From Candidatus Moranbacteria bacterium UBA4824 (GTDB lineage: Bacteria; Patescibacteriota; Minisyncoccia; Moranbacterales; UBA2206), in contig DHFM01000046.1 of assembly GCA_002400405.1 (NCBI GenBank), positions 11,722 through 75,721 of the forward strand: a stretch of DNA of 64,000 nucleotides, read 5' to 3'. The translations under genes were made by a program, and so were the position numbers. Below the pieces are notes generated by a model. The model had not been told where the DNA came from, ran no database searches, and saw nothing but the letters and a program-made list of their open reading frames with translations. This document shows positions 9,790 through 19,657 of this stretch, piece after piece; within the stretch, counting starts at the first letter, position 1, and each line of letters opens with the position of its first letter.

Positions 9790-9931
9790 GGACTTACACA
9801 TTTTCCTGAAAATCTATTTACATAGCCAGTGCAATGCTAGGATTACAACTAAGTAACCTCTGTCTTTAATCTTAGTTTTATCTTTTGGTAATTTCAGCGA
9901 ATAATAGATTTGAAGGAAGATGCGTAAGTCC
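9790..9931. mobile_element. MITE-like element with GGACTTAC(A/G)CAT terminal inverted repeats
   Basis: ggacttacacattttcct (9790-9807) / aggaagatgcgtaagtcc (9914-9931); same ends as 47102-47253. Confidence 0.7.
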
Positions 9932-9945
9932 TATAACAATAAATA

Positions 9946-10614
9946 ATGCGCTATTATCACAAAAGAAAATTGTCCACTCGCTTAGTCGAGAATAAAGAAA
10001 CTGCCATTACTTTCTTGGTGATTGTTTTTTGCCTGTTTTTGTCTATTTTTTTCCCTGCACAAAACTCTATTCAACTTATTACTAAAAACATTTTCTTTCT
10101 AATTATCGTTCCAATTCTTTATTATAAGCTAATCCTCAAAAAAAATATTTCTGATTTCGGTCTAACTTTGGGCGACAAAAAATCCGGAATTTTTTGGGGA
10201 GTATCGATGTTTTTAGTCACCATTTTGACTTTTTTTCTACTCTATTCCTATACGGATTTCAAAAAAAATTATCTACTTTCATCTTATGTCGTCCATAATT
10301 TCTGGATTTTTTTGCTTTATGAGCTTATTGTCGCCAATTTATTTGTTTTTATTCAAGAATTTTTTTGGCGAGGATTTATTTTGCTTTATTTTTCCAAAAA
10401 AATCAACTCTCTTGCAATTTTTTTGCAATTTATTATTTTCATATTAATTGCAATTCCAATAGAGAATTCCTTTTGGCAGATGGCGCCGACTCTCGTAATT
10501 TCTCTATTTTCTGGTATAATAGTTTATAAGAGTCGCTCTATTTTCTATTCTTGGCTCTCAGCTCTGTTTTCACTGATAATTTTAGACAGTTTTATAATTT
10601 ATCATCTAAAATGA
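9946..10614 (+). CDS. CPBP (CAAX/Abi) intramembrane protease family protein, probably degenerate
   Basis: QEFFWRG in place of EExxxR; later His motifs absent; multiple TM helices. Confidence 0.7.
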   Translation: MRYYHKRKLSTRLVENKETAITFLVIVFCLFLSIFFPAQNSIQLITKNIFFLIIVPILYYKLILKKNISDFGLTLGDKKSGIFWGVSMFLVTILTFFLLYSYTDFKKNYLLSSYVVHNFWIFLLYELIVANLFVFIQEFFWRGFILLYFSKKINSLAIFLQFIIFILIAIPIENSFWQMAPTLVISLFSGIIVYKSRSIFYSWLSALFSLIILDSFIIYHLK

Positions 10615-13379
10615 AAAATCAAAAGTTCAAAAAAAATCAATTTTTCTTCAATATTATACTTGTTGCTGTTTTCTTTTTTTCTCAAACTGGAATAGTTCAA
10701 GCAATTTCCGTTGACAATGTTATGGGAGTTAAATCTCCTCCTAATTTTTTGGATTCTATACTGGATGGTTATGGGATAGATAAAAATAAAGTCAAACAAC
10801 AAGCTCAAATTCTTAATTATGAAGATCAAAAAAAAGCTGCGCCCCAAGTTTCACTTTTCTTTGTTCCTGCTAATCCGGATGAGGGAGAAAAAATAACCGT
10901 AACCGCTTCGCCAACATATTTCATGAATGATCCCAAAGATCTATATTACACTTGGTTTTTAAAAAGCAAAGATTGCACTGACAAAAAATCAGATGATGAA
11001 AAATATTCCTATAATTCAAATTGCGACCTAAATAACGATGGGGAAGTTGATATAAAAGATTATAAAATAAAAGCCACAAGAATCATTGTTAATGGAGGCT
11101 TTATTATAAGTTCCGATGATATCTATAAATCATCCTCTGATAACGACGGCTATACGGCTTCTTCTGGTGGTAATGATCAAAAAGAAAAAATTCCTCATTG
11201 TTATATTCGCAATATAACCTCAGGCAAGGAATATGAGATTGATTGTACCAACGAAGAAGATAGTCATTTGTTTCCTCGTGCTGAATTTGAAAATTTTGTT
11301 GATTATAAGGGAAACGAAATAGATCTAGATAAACCAACCGGTGATGGAGATTTTGGCAGAGATGAAGAAAAATTTTGGCATACTGATCCTAACAGCAATG
11401 ATACGGCCAATCTGGGTCATCCTGACGAAGCTAATGTAACCGGTTTAGGAGTTACTAGTTTTACTTGGAGTTACCAAAAAGGCGACAAAGTTGGAGTAGC
11501 GGTAGAGGGAGTTTCCACTGAACCACCACCAACAGATGATTCTTCTTATAAAACCACCTGGGCAATGAATGAGGTAGTAGGTGATTTTGATGCTGATTTT
11601 ACTAATGATGATTATCCACAAACAACTGATGAAATTATCTCTACCACAATTGATCCATCTGAACCTACGCAAACGATTTATTTAACCAAAACAACTCTCC
11701 GAGAAATTGATGGCGAGGTTATTGATGGCATAGGCAATATCAAAATTACTGAAACAATGCACAATGTCGTGAGAGTCACTGCTACTCAAGTTTTGGTAAG
11801 TGACACTAATGTAGCTGAAACTGAAGAAACTCCCAATCCAATTATCACTTATTCTACGGCTTCCTTTTCCTCTGACGATTTTGAACTTGATGATGGCAAA
11901 ATAGAAAAACCATCCGATCTTGATGAATTTTTATACGACTCATTGGTTTCTCCCCAAGAAAACAGTGCTGGAAGCAACAAGCTTGATATTAACCTTTCTT
12001 TTTATCCTAACAACCCCATGAATGATCCGGCTGGAATTTCTGGAGATGGGGACATACTTACCATCCATTCTTCCATTTCCAATGCTAAAGACACTAATTA
12101 TCTACAATACGATTGGAAAGTTTTTGCTGGAGCGGATATTAGTTCTGATGTGTGGGGTGAACCCCTTCTAAAAAAAGATCTATTAGAATCAACTCAATCA
12201 GTTGGCTTAGGAATTGATACTTTTAAATTCAAATTAGGCTTTTCTGATCCTGATACAGTCAAGTTTCTCAAGGTTGTTTTAACTGTCACGGAAAACACCG
12301 GAGAAGAGCATCCTCGTAAAAACACTCAGGATGTTATTATACCGATTAATTCCACTACGGAAAAAATTAAAGTGTCTAATGTTTCAATGACAGACTTAAC
12401 CGACCCCGCTGTTGATCCAAATAATTTATCTCGAGTAAAACTTACTCAAGGAGATGAAATTTGCAACTCTAATGATTTGGAAAAAGCTCTTTGCGCTGTG
12501 GCTAAAAATCAAATTATCGCAATTTCTGTTCCAAAAGATAATTTTGAAGACACTGCCGCTAATAATCCCGATTTTCTTTGGACAATTGACGGCAAACCCT
12601 TTTCCTATCCCTATTGTTTTTTTGAAGATTGTAAGGAGGAAAAGCAAACTTACGTGGCGTATTTCCCAATTCTCAAGGAAGTTGGTGAACAATATTCTAT
12701 AAATTTAACCGCTACCAATGAAGATGGAGAGAAAATAAATTTAACCCGAAATTTCAAAGTAGTTGATCCGGAAATTACCATTATTTCCGACGACACAAAA
12801 AATTGCGATCAAGTTATGCTAGGGGAGTATTTTGATGTCAATGGTCAATCATTTCCTGATTTAAGTCAACTTAATTTTTGGGCTTATACTAATTCCCCTA
12901 TAAAATTGCGAGTTGCCCTGACCGGTTTTTCTGTTTTACCGGAAAATTTAAGTTGGCAAGTTGATAATAACTCTATAAATTCATCCAATGCTGGTGTTTA
13001 TAATTTTAATATTGATAATACTGGAATTCTAACTTTACCTCCCAAAGAAAAACAAGGGGAAAGCTATAATATCTCAGTTGGTACGCTTTATACGCAAAAT
13101 AATTTAGCCAAAAAAGCCCTTAACGCTATTTGGGGAGTGACGTACAATCAATTTTATGAAAAAATCGTCTCTGATGATGCTATTATCACCATGCAAGACG
13201 CCCCAACCACCACTGCTAGTAAAAAATCAAAAAAAATATTCGCCACTATCTATTCATCCACTCCCGCCTATCTAGCTTTTCTTCTGCGAATAGTTCTCAC
13301 AATTTCTCTGATTCTGTTTATAACTAAATTGATTTTTTCATTTTCTCCGGAGACTATTTCGAGAGAAGAAGACTACTAA
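10611..13379 (+). CDS. Large acidic extracellular protein with signal peptide, Ig/PKD-like beta-rich segments and C-terminal TM anchor
   Basis: ATGA overlap with the previous stop; DLNNDGEVD motif; YxW/FLW motifs; paired Cys. Confidence 0.65.
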   Translation: MKNQKFKKNQFFFNIILVAVFFFSQTGIVQAISVDNVMGVKSPPNFLDSILDGYGIDKNKVKQQAQILNYEDQKKAAPQVSLFFVPANPDEGEKITVTASPTYFMNDPKDLYYTWFLKSKDCTDKKSDDEKYSYNSNCDLNNDGEVDIKDYKIKATRIIVNGGFIISSDDIYKSSSDNDGYTASSGGNDQKEKIPHCYIRNITSGKEYEIDCTNEEDSHLFPRAEFENFVDYKGNEIDLDKPTGDGDFGRDEEKFWHTDPNSNDTANLGHPDEANVTGLGVTSFTWSYQKGDKVGVAVEGVSTEPPPTDDSSYKTTWAMNEVVGDFDADFTNDDYPQTTDEIISTTIDPSEPTQTIYLTKTTLREIDGEVIDGIGNIKITETMHNVVRVTATQVLVSDTNVAETEETPNPIITYSTASFSSDDFELDDGKIEKPSDLDEFLYDSLVSPQENSAGSNKLDINLSFYPNNPMNDPAGISGDGDILTIHSSISNAKDTNYLQYDWKVFAGADISSDVWGEPLLKKDLLESTQSVGLGIDTFKFKLGFSDPDTVKFLKVVLTVTENTGEEHPRKNTQDVIIPINSTTEKIKVSNVSMTDLTDPAVDPNNLSRVKLTQGDEICNSNDLEKALCAVAKNQIIAISVPKDNFEDTAANNPDFLWTIDGKPFSYPYCFFEDCKEEKQTYVAYFPILKEVGEQYSINLTATNEDGEKINLTRNFKVVDPEITIISDDTKNCDQVMLGEYFDVNGQSFPDLSQLNFWAYTNSPIKLRVALTGFSVLPENLSWQVDNNSINSSNAGVYNFNIDNTGILTLPPKEKQGESYNISVGTLYTQNNLAKKALNAIWGVTYNQFYEKIVSDDAIITMQDAPTTTASKKSKKIFATIYSSTPAYLAFLLRIVLTISLILFITKLIFSFSPETISREEDY

Positions 13380-13382
13380 AAA

Positions 13383-13503
13383 ATTTCCAAGTTTCAAGTT
13401 TCAATTTTCAATGAATTTTCAATATAAAAATTTTCAAAATTAAAGATATTGTAAATTGAAAATTAATCATTCACTGAAAATTGAGAATTGTAAATTGAAA
13501 ATT
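13383..13503. mobile_element. Empty version of the four-helix-bundle hairpin cassette
   Basis: Left arm 13383-13438 nearly identical to 2139-2194; right arm 13448-13503; loop ~10 nt, no gene. Confidence 0.75.
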
Positions 13504-13517
13504 AAAATAAAATTCCC

Positions 13518-14492
13518 ATGAAATTCACAAAAACAAAAATAATATTTCTACTTTTATTATTCATCAATTTGATTCCTGTTTTTTGTTTGGCTCAAACTTA
13601 TAAGCCAATGGAAGGAATTCCGGGGTTTATTACTCCCGGTCAAGATGTTAATTTTCCAGATTATTTAATGGCGATCTATAAATTCGGTCTTTGGGCGATT
13701 GGAATTTCGGCCGTTTTTATGATTATGATCGGTGGCTATATGTATCTCACTTCCGCTGGCAATAACGCCCAAACCGGCAAAGCCAAAGGAATCATCACCG
13801 ACGCTATTGCGGGAGTTATCTTAGCGCTAGTGTCCTATCTTCTTCTCTACACCATCAATCCAGAACTGGTTCAATTCAAACCGCTTAATGGAATAACCTC
13901 ATCTACGTCTTCATCTTCTGGAACAGGTACAGGAGGCAGTGGAGGCAGCACTGACGGCACAGATAAATACTACAAAAAAGCTTGTCCAGATACATCTTCA
14001 ACCTCTCCAATTGTTTTTTCTGGAGCTACTGATATTAACTTAAATCATGATTGTGATAAATATGATTCTCTTTTTAATTCTTATGGACAACAATATCAAA
14101 TTGATCCTAAAATATTAAAAACAATCGCTCAAATAGAGTCGATTTGCGGAAAATTAACAAAAAGCGACGCCGGAGCCTGTGGATTAATGCAACTCATGGA
14201 AGATACCGCACATAAAACTTGCGCTGAATTACTAGCCAGCGACGCTTTATCCGTAGAATCAGCCGCCAAATACATAAGCAATAACAAATCTGCGCACGGA
14301 GGAAATGTTGAAAAAATTCTAGCTGGATATAATAGTGGTTATGCAACAACCGGAACTGGAGGGCTTGCACCAAGCGAAGATTGCAAAAGCACGCCCGGAA
14401 CCCTAAAATATCAATGTTGCGTAAAGCCCGACGAACTCGATGAAACAATTGGATATGTTTGGAAAGGTATGGGAGTAATGAAAAAACAATAA
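13518..14492 (+). CDS. VirB2/TrbC-like CPR pilin fused to a lytic transglycosylase (SLT) domain
   Basis: GGYMYLTSAGN...AK..I..AI.G...INP pilin; S/G linker; IAQIES, GACGLMQL, AGYNSG SLT motifs. Confidence 0.82.
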   Translation: MKFTKTKIIFLLLLFINLIPVFCLAQTYKPMEGIPGFITPGQDVNFPDYLMAIYKFGLWAIGISAVFMIMIGGYMYLTSAGNNAQTGKAKGIITDAIAGVILALVSYLLLYTINPELVQFKPLNGITSSTSSSSGTGTGGSGGSTDGTDKYYKKACPDTSSTSPIVFSGATDINLNHDCDKYDSLFNSYGQQYQIDPKILKTIAQIESICGKLTKSDAGACGLMQLMEDTAHKTCAELLASDALSVESAAKYISNNKSAHGGNVEKILAGYNSGYATTGTGGLAPSEDCKSTPGTLKYQCCVKPDELDETIGYVWKGMGVMKKQ

Positions 14493-14510
14493 TTTTTTAA
14501 AAAATTTATT

Positions 14511-14987
14511 ATGCTCACTAAATTAAAAATCACAATTTTTTTGTTATTCATCGGAATCTTTTTGCCAATTTTTTCTGCCAATGCCGGCCTTGTTCCTTGC
14601 GGACTAAGCAATGATGATTCATCAACTCCAAATATTAAAGAGGATCAGCCTTGCACGCTTTGTCATTTGATTATTGGGATACAGAATATCGTTTCCTTTG
14701 GCTTGAAATTGCTCATCACTGTGGCCGCGGTGGGAATTTTCATTTCCGGAGTAATGTATATCATTTCTTCCGGTAGTGAAGAAATGATGAAAAATGCTAA
14801 AGCCTTTCTCACTGCCAGCCTCACAGGTTTCACCATCACGCTAATGGCTTGGTTTTTTGTTTATACCGTAATGTGGATTCTTTCCGCCGATCCGGAATCG
14901 ATAACCGATCCTAATGAAAAAGTTCTCATAGAACGCAAAGCTTGGAATAAGTTCGAATGTAGCACAGAAAGTTCCGCCCTAAAATAA
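14511..14987 (+). CDS. VirB2/TrbC-like CPR pilin
   Basis: GLVPCG...CTLCHL, G..YIISSG.E....AK motifs. Confidence 0.8.
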   Translation: MLTKLKITIFLLFIGIFLPIFSANAGLVPCGLSNDDSSTPNIKEDQPCTLCHLIIGIQNIVSFGLKLLITVAAVGIFISGVMYIISSGSEEMMKNAKAFLTASLTGFTITLMAWFFVYTVMWILSADPESITDPNEKVLIERKAWNKFECSTESSALK

Positions 14988-15003
14988 TAAACAAATAGAA
15001 AAA

Positions 15004-16161
15004 ATGTCTACTCTCAAGAAAATATTCTTTCTTTCCCTTTTTATCTTTTTTCTTTCCCTGCTTTTTTGGGGAATTTATGTTTTGTCTTTTAAAAAAACCG
15101 AACCGACTAAAAATACTATTCTCCCGCTAAATAATTCCAATAGTAATTTAACTTTACCAGAAAAAATTTCCCCTGCCTCAAGCACACAAAAAATTTCCTT
15201 AGTCTCAAAGGAGCCTGTTATTTCCCCAACAATTTCATCTAATGGAGGAAATATTCGATACTACTCAACTTCCGGAGAACTGAAAGAAACTGATTTTTCC
15301 GGCAGTACTTCAAAAAAAATAACTGATAAAACTATTTTTGGCCTAATAAGCGGAGTTTGGTCACCGGACAAATCAAAAATTCTCCTAAAAACCAAAAAAG
15401 GCGCTAGTCCATATTTTTTGCTTTTTGACACCAAAACCAATCAGCTCACTATGCTCAACAGTAATATCAATGAAATTTCTTGGCAGACCATATCCTCTAA
15501 AATATTCTATAAGTATTTTGATTCAAATGGAAAAAAGAGCTCTCTAAATGTTTCTGATGCCAATGGGGAAAATTGGAAAAAAATAATTGACTTGCCTCAT
15601 GAAAAAATATCCTTTGCTCAAATTCCTCGTTCAGGACTGGTTTCTTTTTGGAATAATGGCGATGCTAATTATCAAACCAATCTTCAAACAGCCTCCCTTA
15701 TCGGAGAAGATATTAAAACTATCTACCAGAGCGGTTTTGGCGCTGATTATCTTTGGGATAATTCCGGCAATCATTGTTTGGTGAGTCAAACGGACACTAA
15801 GGGTGGCACAAAATTACAGCTTGGCATTATAAATTATAACGGCGAAGGCTACAAAATTCTTGGATTGCCTACGATTGTTTCAAAATGTACTTGGTCAAAA
15901 GACAATGCAACCATTTATTGTGCTCTTCCAGGAAACATTCCCGAAAATTCAATCTTGCCCAATGATTATAAGACTGGAAAATTTACCACTGTCGATACTT
16001 TTTGGAAAATTAACACTGATACTGGCGAAAAAACTCGTTTAGTAGAAACCAGCGACATCTCCCAAGACTTTGATGCTTCTGAATTTTTTCTCAATACCGA
16101 CGAAAGCTTGCTATTTTTTGTGAATAAAATAGATAAGAAGTTATATAAAATAATCCTTTAG
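15004..16161 (+). CDS. Membrane-anchored beta-propeller (TolB-like) protein
   Basis: N-terminal TM; repeated WSPD/WSKD blade motifs. Confidence 0.7.
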   Translation: MSTLKKIFFLSLFIFFLSLLFWGIYVLSFKKTEPTKNTILPLNNSNSNLTLPEKISPASSTQKISLVSKEPVISPTISSNGGNIRYYSTSGELKETDFSGSTSKKITDKTIFGLISGVWSPDKSKILLKTKKGASPYFLLFDTKTNQLTMLNSNINEISWQTISSKIFYKYFDSNGKKSSLNVSDANGENWKKIIDLPHEKISFAQIPRSGLVSFWNNGDANYQTNLQTASLIGEDIKTIYQSGFGADYLWDNSGNHCLVSQTDTKGGTKLQLGIINYNGEGYKILGLPTIVSKCTWSKDNATIYCALPGNIPENSILPNDYKTGKFTTVDTFWKINTDTGEKTRLVETSDISQDFDASEFFLNTDESLLFFVNKIDKKLYKIIL

Positions 16162-16221
16162 CTTAACCTAAAAGAGAGCTTGCGCATTTGGATATATCGA
16201 GAGCTTACGTAGTTGACTCCA

Positions 16222-16313
16222 GCAGGTTCAATCGTCTCGATTGAAACGCATAGTTCTGATAATTTTTATATTCTGCCAGAAAATAAAAGTTCAGGCGAGA
16301 CGCCTGAAATTGC
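16222..16313. repeat. REP doublet (REPIN-like), copy 1
   Basis: Hairpins ttcaatcg-tct-cgattgaa (16227-16245) and ttcaggcg-aga-cgcctgaa (16290-16308). Confidence 0.8.
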
Positions 16314-16331
16314 AAAGTACAAGCCCCGAAT

Positions 16332-17555
16332 TTATTTCAAAACCAAGAAATTCAACCAAAAAATAATCGCTAGATCATTCTTAAAATAAGTTGTGTCAAA
16401 AATTCCATGAATTAGAATGATTAGCATTATCCCAAGAGCCACGAATAAAACATCGTTAGGCTCTTTTTTTACCCTATGGAATAAATTTTGCTTTGTAAAA
16501 TTATCCCGCATAGCGGGATATTCCATAGGGTGAACCTCCCTGGAGACATCTCGCAAAAAGAAAAATGCCAAACCTAAAAAACCAACCATACCCATAATTC
16601 CGCCATAAAGCCACCAAGTTAAATATAAATTATTTGGATGTGGTACTGCCCATTCCAGATAGGGCGGATAGAATTTTTGATATTCCAGATATGTCTTTTG
16701 AAAATTCCCCGGTCCAATACCGAAAATAAAATTATCTTCAATTATTTTTACTGAAGCTTTCCAAATCATCATTCGAGAAGCTAATGAAGACCGAGAATTG
16801 GCTGTTAATAGATCAATCATCTTTTTGTTATTTAACTGCGAAAGAAAAAGCGCCAAAATTATTATTCCTATTATGGCTATTTTCTTGGAAATATTTTTAT
16901 TTTTTATTAAAACCAGAATTATAAGCGATGTTAGAATTGAAAACCAAGCCGAATAAGAGTAGGTAAGAAACAATACCATCACTATTGGAACAAAAAACAA
17001 AAAATATCCACTCTTAACTTTATTTTTTTGAAAAATGAAAATAACAATTGCCGGCGCCAAATACATTGCCAGATAATTTGGAGAGTTAAATATTCCAGCT
17101 AATCGATTATCATAAGTAAGAAAATTAGCCAAATAATATCCGCAAGAAATCAGTGCCACAAAAAACGCGGAAAAAAAATACGCCATAAAAATTCGATTTA
17201 TTTTCTCTTTTTCTATCACCTGCCAAGCGAGAAAAAATAGGATTAATGGCACTAAAAACCAACTTTTCACTATTCCCCAAGAAACTAAACTGTTTCCACT
17301 GAGAAAAGTTGAAAGCAATGTTCCAAAAAGCATTAAACTGCCAAAAATTATATAATTTTTATATCTAGAAAAAAATTCTTTGATTTTGATTTTTATTTTT
17401 TCCCTGTCAGTAAAAAACCAAAATAAAAAAATTACTCCGATTATTATTTCCAAAACATTAGTCGGCAAAAACCATAATTTTATCTTCACTAAATACAGCG
17501 GGATAAAAAACACCACCAAATAAATTAAATTTTCTAATATATTATTCTTTTTCAT
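16332..17555 (-). CDS. O-antigen ligase / O-oligosaccharyltransferase (Wzy_C) family protein
   Basis: R..G.F..PN, R..IW, GIGPGNF, HPNN motifs; start moved to ATG 17555. Confidence 0.85.
   Translation of the reverse strand: MKKNNILENLIYLVVFFIPLYLVKIKLWFLPTNVLEIIIGVIFLFWFFTDREKIKIKIKEFFSRYKNYIIFGSLMLFGTLLSTFLSGNSLVSWGIVKSWFLVPLILFFLAWQVIEKEKINRIFMAYFFSAFFVALISCGYYLANFLTYDNRLAGIFNSPNYLAMYLAPAIVIFIFQKNKVKSGYFLFFVPIVMVLFLTYSYSAWFSILTSLIILVLIKNKNISKKIAIIGIIILALFLSQLNNKKMIDLLTANSRSSLASRMMIWKASVKIIEDNFIFGIGPGNFQKTYLEYQKFYPPYLEWAVPHPNNLYLTWWLYGGIMGMVGFLGLAFFFLRDVSREVHPMEYPAMRDNFTKQNLFHRVKKEPNDVLFVALGIMLIILIHGIFDTTYFKNDLAIIFWLNFLVLK
16471..16531. repeat. Palindromic element inserted in frame (HPMEYPAMRDNFTKQNLFHRV)
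   Basis: accctatggaata ... tattccatagggt with inner atcccgc-ata-gcgggat; relative at 30177-30272. Confidence 0.85.
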
Positions 17556-18912
17556 AATGAGAAAAACGCGTAAGTCCGAAAAGCATAAGTAAAAGCGAAA
17601 GAACAATCGGAGAATAAAGACCAGTTTCCACCATTGAATGAGCTGAAAAGATAATCACACTTGTAAATATTCCAGCATAGATCATATCCTCCTTAGCCAA
17701 AATCCAAAAATTCCAAAGAGTTACGAGTAAAATAAAAATCCAAACTAAACTAGCTAAGATGCCTTGCTCAACAGCGATATCCAAATAAGTATTATGTGCA
17801 TAAATAGGATTACGATAATCAATCTTACCATCCACCGCCAAAGAAAAATTACCAATCCCTGTGCCAAACAAAGGCTTATGCTTGATTGTTTCTAAAGATT
17901 TTTGCCAAATGCTAATTCGTCCGGCGTTTGATCCTTCTTGCAAATCAAAACTAGAGTCAAATCGCTGTGAGACTGGCCCCGGGATAGTGAGCATTAAAAA
18001 AAGAAATATCACTGCCAAACTCGCCATTATTTTATGTTTTGTTTGTGTTTTATTCCAAAAAACAAGAATAAAAATTGTAATACCCGCTATAATCGCCAAA
18101 TATCCCCCTCGAGCAAAAGTCAATATATTTGCCAAAAAGATAGTCACAAAAGAAAGACCCCCGATAATTTTATTCTTTGAAATAAAAAACAATATCACCG
18201 AAATTGGTAGAATCATTCCCAAAAACAACGAGAAAGAGTGCGGATCAGGAAATGTTCCAATGGCACGAAAATAATTTTGTCCGGAAACGCCCACCAACCA
18301 ACTCGGATAATTCCTTACCATTTGCGTCAAATTTTCTCCCCAAAAAACCGGCCCGATAAAACTTAAATAGACTTTGAAAATTTCTTCATAATTCCAAATA
18401 AATTGCGAAAAAAATTGCACAATTCCGATAATTGCCACTATGGCACCAGCCCAAACCAAACTCGCTAGAGTCTTTATAACTTTTTCTTTGCTATTTAAAA
18501 TATCCTTGGTTATAAAATAAAGCGGGAAAATGGAGAATAAATAGGCTAGTTTTCTTACTGACCAAAAATAATTTTGAGCAAAAAACAAAGAAATGAAACT
18601 TAGAAACAAAAAAAACAAGATCAATTTTGTTTGCACATCAAAAATAAAGATGTTTTTTTTACCCCCACACCAACTAAACCAATTTCTTTCTTTTTTATCA
18701 AATTGTTCTTGCTCATCAATATTACTTAAATCATCGATTTTATTTTTGTTTAGTTGGTGTGGGGGTTTATTTTTAATTCTATCATAAACCCAAACAGAAA
18801 AAAGGATTAGAATAAAAATCCTTAAAGAAGCTAGATCAACCCCCTGCGCCGGATTAAGCGCAATTTGAAAAGGTAGATAAAAACATAACAATAAGAAAAA
18901 ATTAGATATCAT
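17542..18912 (-). CDS. O-antigen ligase (Wzy_C) family protein
   Basis: RAIGTFPDPH, TFARGG, R..IW, GTGIGNF, AHNTYL motifs. Confidence 0.88.
   Translation of the reverse strand: MISNFFLLLCFYLPFQIALNPAQGVDLASLRIFILILFSVWVYDRIKNKPPHQLNKNKIDDLSNIDEQEQFDKKERNWFSWCGGKKNIFIFDVQTKLILFFLFLSFISLFFAQNYFWSVRKLAYLFSIFPLYFITKDILNSKEKVIKTLASLVWAGAIVAIIGIVQFFSQFIWNYEEIFKVYLSFIGPVFWGENLTQMVRNYPSWLVGVSGQNYFRAIGTFPDPHSFSLFLGMILPISVILFFISKNKIIGGLSFVTIFLANILTFARGGYLAIIAGITIFILVFWNKTQTKHKIMASLAVIFLFLMLTIPGPVSQRFDSSFDLQEGSNAGRISIWQKSLETIKHKPLFGTGIGNFSLAVDGKIDYRNPIYAHNTYLDIAVEQGILASLVWIFILLVTLWNFWILAKEDMIYAGIFTSVIIFSAHSMVETGLYSPIVLSLLLMLFGLTRFSHYEKE
18661..18766. mobile_element. MITE-like element with perfect 19-bp TIRs inserted in frame
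   Basis: acccccacaccaactaaac (18661-18679) / gtttagttggtgtgggggt (18748-18766). Confidence 0.85.
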
Positions 18913-18916
18913 TATT

Positions 18917-19651
18917 TTATTTTTTAAACTGTCTTTTTATTAGATAATAAAAGGATGATTTAAAAAATTGAATTTTTTGTTTAATTAAGCTCTTTCTGCT
19001 CTTGCCTCCACTATGCAAAATAGTGAGCTCTGGGGAATATAAAATATCATACCCTAGCTCTCTTGCTTGAGCACACAAATCCATATCCTCTCCATACATA
19101 AAAAAATTTTCATCAAATCCTCCTATCTTGTCAAAAATATCCTTTTTGATAAACATCGCTGCTCCACTCACCCAATCAACGAAGATATCTTTTTTGCTTT
19201 CCCAAAAATATCGACTTTCTGTTATCCATAGATTATTTTTTATTATTTGAGTAAAGGTTGTTTCTTTGCCAGTACTCCATTCTTGCGTTTTTCCAGCATC
19301 AGTTACCAGCCTTGGACCTATTATAATAACCTTTTTATATTGTTTTATTTTAATTAGAATTTCTTTTATATAATTATCCATAAATTGAGTATCCGGATTC
19401 AAAAATAGGAAATTCTCTCCTTGAGCTTTTTGTGCCCCAAGATTACAAGCAGAACCAAATCCAATATTTTTTTTATTTTTATATAGTTTAACCCTTGAAT
19501 ATTTATCAACTAAGTCCGTCAAGTCCTCTTTTTGATCATTATTAACAATAATGATTTCAAAATCCTCATCAAAAGAATACTTGCTTATTGAAAACAAACA
19601 CTTATCTAAATATGCCTTACTGCGATAATTAACAATTATAATTGAGACCAT
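18917..19651 (-). CDS. GT2 glycosyltransferase (rhamnosyltransferase-like)
   Basis: IIIVNY, NIGFG..CN.G, FLNPDT, FDENFFMYGEDMDL. Confidence 0.92.
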   Translation of the reverse strand: MVSIIIVNYRSKAYLDKCLFSISKYSFDEDFEIIIVNNDQKEDLTDLVDKYSRVKLYKNKKNIGFGSACNLGAQKAQGENFLFLNPDTQFMDNYIKEILIKIKQYKKVIIIGPRLVTDAGKTQEWSTGKETTFTQIIKNNLWITESRYFWESKKDIFVDWVSGAAMFIKKDIFDKIGGFDENFFMYGEDMDLCAQARELGYDILYSPELTILHSGGKSRKSLIKQKIQFFKSSFYYLIKRQFKK

Positions 19652-19657
19652 TAAAAA

